Of a stretch of DNA of 47,370 nucleotides, positions 43,862 through 47,370 are shown piece by piece. The position numbers and the translations under genes were made by a program. Below the pieces are notes generated by a model. It was not told the DNA's origin, ran no database searches, and saw nothing but the letters and a program-made list of their open reading frames with translations. The stretch lies in the IMG/VR virus record IMGVR_UViG_3300028888_000003. The stretch is one strand, 5' to 3'. This DNA is from a virus. Taxonomy: Duplodnaviria; Heunggongvirae; Uroviricota; Caudoviricetes. Every line of letters begins with the position of its first letter. The stretch's first letter is position 1.

Positions 43862-44867
43862 CATCATCATCACCTTCTTCATCAAAGTCGGCAATGAAAT
43901 CTTCAGCCTCATCATCAAATAATAATTCATTATAACCATCAACTTCATGCTAATCTAAATCAAAGTCGCCGCCAAGATCATAAACGCCTTGCTCATTTTC
44001 GTTAATTGTTTTTAAGGCTTCAAGCCTACGAGAAATATCTTCTCCAATACCAGTTTCATTTATATATAATCTTTGATTCCAAGATTCAATATTTTTCATC
44101 TCTTCATCAATTACATCTCTTGTAACACCATCATAGAACTTATTCTTCCAACCACCAGCTTCAAGCCACTTAAATAGTTCTCCTGTGCTTTCAAGGTCGC
44201 TCGCATTTTTACTGTTTTTAGGAGTAAAATTAGCAATTTTAACAAGCTTTTCATAAGAAGCAAGAAGCTTATCAATATTGTCTCCGGCTCGAATGGCCGA
44301 GTCAATTGTAAGTGAAATTTTGCAAAGCTTTAAGGCCTAATCCATCTATAAATGGGTTGTGATATTCTAAGTAAGCAGCATACCTTGAAGTAAATCTTCT
44401 AGTCGCTAAAAATCTTCATCAGTATATTCTCCATCCCATTTTCTAATTAAACCCTATCTTTTCTTCTCATCCATTAAAGGAACTTCTTCTTCAATCCGCA
44501 TTTCTTCTTTTAAACGCTAATACTCTTCAAAATACTCTCCCCAACCAAATCCTTCAAATTCAGATGAAAGAAAAACAGAAGCGTATCTTGGAAAAGCTTC
44601 TTCTCCAGCCAACTCCTAAATTCGTATCCATTCTTTAGGAACAAAAGGAATATCAGCATACTAGCAAATTTTATCAACATATTTCCAGTCCCAATCATGC
44701 TCTTTTAAATATTCATTAATACATTTATTACAAATCGGAAGATATCCGTCAGGATAAAAATAAGATTTAGTAGGACTATACCCAGACTAATCATATGACT
44801 CACCGCATCGAGTACAAGAACGAATTAAAAAGGGTTTAGTTTTATTCGGTTTCGGACCTATTCCCAT
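43854..44867 (-). CDS. Zn-finger protein in terminase small-subunit position (337 aa, 10 TAG)
   Basis: CTRC...CNKC, DKIC*YADIPF and an acidic tail. Immediately upstream of terL. Absent from the track in this frame. Confidence 0.65.
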
Positions 44868-45114
44868 TTTTATCACTACCCTTATTATTTTTATTAGTTA
44901 ATCTACAAAGTTTTACCATTTCTTTCTATTTATCTTTTGAAAGTGTAGTAAACTTTTTTAAGATTCTATAAGAAATTTCTTTTATATCAAGTCCATCTTT
45001 AGTTTTTACTTCAGCTAAATCAACTCCAAACATATAGGCCACTCCAATAAAATCAATTGGACGAAGTTTAAATAGTTCCTTTGTAAATTTATCAAATAGT
45101 TCGTCTTTGGTCAT
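44842..45114 (-). CDS. Hypothetical protein (90 aa, 1 TAG)
   Basis: RBS GTAGGTG before ATG 45114. Readthrough at 44926 reaches TAA 44842. Confidence 0.6.
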
Positions 45115-45118
45115 ACTA

Positions 45119-46471
45119 TCACCTACTCTTCTAACGATACAAACGATCGCATTTTTTACAACGATTTGTATATCCATCTTTTGCTCGACTTTTCTTAACA
45201 AAATTTTCAGAACAAATTAAGTAATATTTTTTACAATTGGTACATTGTTTAAATTCTTCAGGAAAGAAAATATTACTTATAATTTTATAATGGAAAGTCG
45301 CAGCTTCATTTATCTATTTAATGATTTTCTATCTAAATATTGTACTAATATAATTTTCATTATAAGTAGTCTAATATTTAGAATTAATATAATCTTTAAT
45401 ATCTTTATTTTTGACTTGCTCCTTTTTTAAGGTAAGAATTTCTTTTTGGGTCTCTGTTAAATTCGCGCATTTCTCATAATAGTATAAAGTTTCTAGTAAC
45501 TCTGCCGTAGTTGAATCAACCTCTTGACCATTCTCGACGACCGCGCGCAGATCAGCGTAAGAAAGTATTAATTGGTAAACGTGTTCTAAATTAGTAAAAT
45601 CAAAAAAGAATTGATCTCTACTAGCTTTTTCTTTTTCCCATAGGCGCTTTGAAATCTTACCTAACTCTTCTTCCGTAAATTTCTACGGGTATAACTCATT
45701 AAACTCTTGAAAAATCAATCCCGAAGTAGTACCCCCGGCTTTTAAACCTAAAGGGAATACTTCCATATCACAATCAAAGGTTAAAGTAGTATCTTCTACA
45801 ATTGGCGCCCCTCTATTTTTCCAATCTGTCTAAAAAATACTCTAATAGGAGTCGCGCAAAGTATACTGCTATCTTCTTAAATCAACAAGAATATGTTTTT
45901 TCTTTAGATACTAATACTAACTAAGAAGCGCGGCGTTCTTCTTACATTTTGTAACAATTTCTGGCGTTAATCTATTAATTAGTTCTTGTCTTGGCTCTTT
46001 GCTTCTTTTACCAACTAGAATCTCGTAAAAATTTATAGTTAGTTCTGTTTCATCAATTTGCTAAAAAAGAGTTTCAAAAGTAGGAATTAATGCTTTAGGA
46101 GCTTTTTGTAAGGTCTCTTCTCTTGAAAAGGTTTCTCTAATATTTTTATAATTAACTTGATGCGGCCGCAGTATTATATCCTCATAACTGCCGCCCGAAG
46201 ACTCTTCAGTATCTAAAAGCGCTTCTAAAGAAACAAATTTGCCTTCTTTTGACCAAGTTTTATTTTTAGTATCAACTTGAACTTCTCCTCTTTGCACACA
46301 AGAAGTACCGTCTTGGTCTTTTCCATAGAGTAGATACTTTGCGCAAGTATCCAATTCAGCTTCAGTTAATTTTTTCTCTTTGAACTGTGGTTCTTGTAGG
46401 TACTAGTCGAGAAAAATTTTTCGCTCGGCCGCAGATTCAATTGAAAAGTCTAAATCTAATCTATTTGCCAT
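45119..46471 (-). CDS. First gene of the morphogenesis operon: putative DNA-binding protein with HTH-like and CxxC..CxxC C-terminus (450 aa, 12 TAG)
   Basis: RBS GGAGG and ATG 46471. LTETQKEILTLK...NENYISTIFR, then CTNC...RCKKC. TGA stop. Confidence 0.6.
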
Positions 46472-46521
46472 AGGCTTTTCGCCTCCAAATTTACTTGGGT
46501 TATTCCCTAATCTCTACTTAT

Positions 46522-46550
46522 ATTATATCAGATTTTGGCAGAGAAGTCAA
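46522..46550 (-). promoter_or_regulatory. SigmaA-type promoter driving the morphogenesis operon
   Basis: TTGACT-17-TATAAT with TGn extended -10. Confidence 0.8.
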
Positions 46551-46568
46551 ATTTTTAGAGTATAAAAT

Positions 46569-46597
46569 TTGATTTTTTCTAAAAAATCGGTTATAAT
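46569..46597 (+). promoter_or_regulatory. SigmaA-type promoter for the rightward small genes
   Basis: TTGATT-17-TATAAT. RBS AAGGAG before ATG 46628. Confidence 0.75.
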
Positions 46598-46627
46598 TAT
46601 ATTAGAAAATAAAGAAGGAGAATTTAT

Positions 46628-46876
46628 ATGATATTAAGTCCAAAAGAAGCATATGAAAAAGCAAAATTCTATCGTGAAGGTAGAATGAAAGTGGTTAAAT
46701 ATGATATTATAAATAGAGTAAATAAAGCAATTGAAGATGGAAAATATCGGGCATTAATAGAAGTTCCAGATGATTTTACAGAAGAAGAAGTTGATAATCT
46801 GTTAGAACCATATGCAGAAGCAGGTTATTTTGTTGACAGTATATATAATACGCTTATAATTGATTGGGAAGAATGA
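46628..46876 (+). CDS. Hypothetical early-type protein (82 aa)
   Basis: Own promoter and RBS. No TAG. TGA stop. Confidence 0.75.
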   Translation: MILSPKEAYEKAKFYREGRMKVVKYDIINRVNKAIEDGKYRALIEVPDDFTEEEVDNLLEPYAEAGYFVDSIYNTLIIDWEE

Positions 46877-46969
46877 TGTAGTACTGCGCGACTTCGATAA
46901 AAAACGGTCATGAGCGACCGTCATAACCATTCTCGATGGCGGTCGCGCAATTGTACGTAAAACATATAA

Positions 46970-47025
46970 TTCTACTTCTACTTCTACTTCTACTTTTTAA
47001 ATAAAACTAAAACTAAAATTAAAAG
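46970..47025. repeat. Tandem hexamer repeats (TTCTAC)x4 then TAAAAC/TAAAAT x3
   Basis: Read directly at 46970-46993 and ~47002-47025 in an intergenic region. Confidence 0.85.
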
Positions 47026-47041
47026 AAAGGATGCGTAGCAA

Positions 47042-47203
47042 ATGGAAGTGTTTTGGTATATAGTAATTTCACTTATAATCTTCTGCTTAGTTTATGCCAG
47101 TACGCATAAACTTGGAGAAGCCCTTCTGGTCGGAATTTGCTGGCCATTAGGCATACTCTATTTATTTGTGTCTTTGTTTTATGGTGTAGGAAAATATCTA
47201 TAA
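47042..47203 (+). CDS. Small membrane protein (53 aa, two hydrophobic segments)
   Basis: RBS AAAGGA. MEVFWYIVISLIIFCLVYAS...ALLVGICWPLGILYLFVSLFYG, TAA stop. Below the track cut-off. Confidence 0.6.
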   Translation: MEVFWYIVISLIIFCLVYASTHKLGEALLVGICWPLGILYLFVSLFYGVGKYL

Positions 47204-47219
47204 AAAGGAGTTGATTTTT

Positions 47220-47370
47220 GTGACTGTAAAAGAGAGAATAAACCATAGTGTAGAACTAACTGGTGAAGATAAGGCAATTCTTGAGAAAATGGGGTCATTT
47301 TTTGAAGAATTTACGAATAAGGTGGATAATACGTTTTATTTTAAGGGAAGAGAAGGTATTGTGTATAATA
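47220..47370 (+). CDS. Hypothetical protein, 3'-truncated by window
   Basis: RBS AAAGGAG and GTG start. Open to the window end, no TAG. Confidence 0.5.
   Translation, partial: MTVKERINHSVELTGEDKAILEKMGSFFEEFTNKVDNTFYFKGREGIVYN

Noticed and set aside
14175-46471. Decayed prophage, pseudogenes or sequencing errors as the cause of fragmented ORFs
   Set aside because: All traced breaks are TAG in an unbroken frame, with no frameshifts or internal TAA/TGA, intact motifs, RBSs and tight gene packing. Decay would not be codon-specific.
10835-46471. TAG as pyrrolysine or another residue
   Set aside because: No pyl genes are in the window, TAG is far too frequent, and it alternates with CAA/CAG in Gln-rich runs. 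Gln is one transition away (CAG). Formal proof needs alignments.
46877-47041. tRNA (amber suppressor) or CRISPR array in the last intergenic region
   Set aside because: There is no cloverleaf, T-loop or anticodon arm, and the repeats are contiguous 6-mers without spacers. No other intergenic gap looked tRNA-like either.
47042-47203. Holin
   Set aside because: It is hydrophobic but lies in the TAG-free early-type block with no endolysin nearby, so there is not enough support.

Overview
This window is part of a large, AT-rich, long-tailed (sipho-type) phage genome. Strong AAGGAGG ribosome-binding sites, sigmaA-type promoters and an anaerobic class III RNR point to an anaerobic Bacillota host (inference). 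There are three blocks. (1) 1-11572 (+) is a replication/dNTP operon: dnaE split by a group I intron, nrdH/nrdD/nrdG, an FTR-like protein, a ThyX-like protein, dUTPase and RuvC. (2) 11605-46471 (-) is a morphogenesis region: terminase, portal, protease/scaffold, decoration protein, capsid, neck, tail tube plus paralogue, a 3659-aa tape measure, Dit, Tal, and a five-gene accessory cassette. (3) 46628-end (+) holds small early-type genes. The code-11 ORF track is badly fragmented in block 2 because TAG is read as an amino acid, almost certainly Gln (code 15). Every break I traced is an in-frame TAG, the fragments join in one frame, and every real gene ends in TAA or TGA. Recoding is compartmentalised: replication genes and the most abundant virion proteins have no TAG, while low-copy late genes, RuvC and the intron-encoded LAGLIDADG endonuclease need readthrough. 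TAG recoding in gut phages is a known phenomenon. The less familiar items are a recoded homing endonuclease that overlaps the ribozyme core of an intron in a code-neutral polymerase (a possible code-controlled splicing/homing switch), a candidate ferredoxin-driven RNR electron chain, and the recoded accessory cassette. All translations and TAG counts were done by hand, no database searches were run, and functional names are motif-based.
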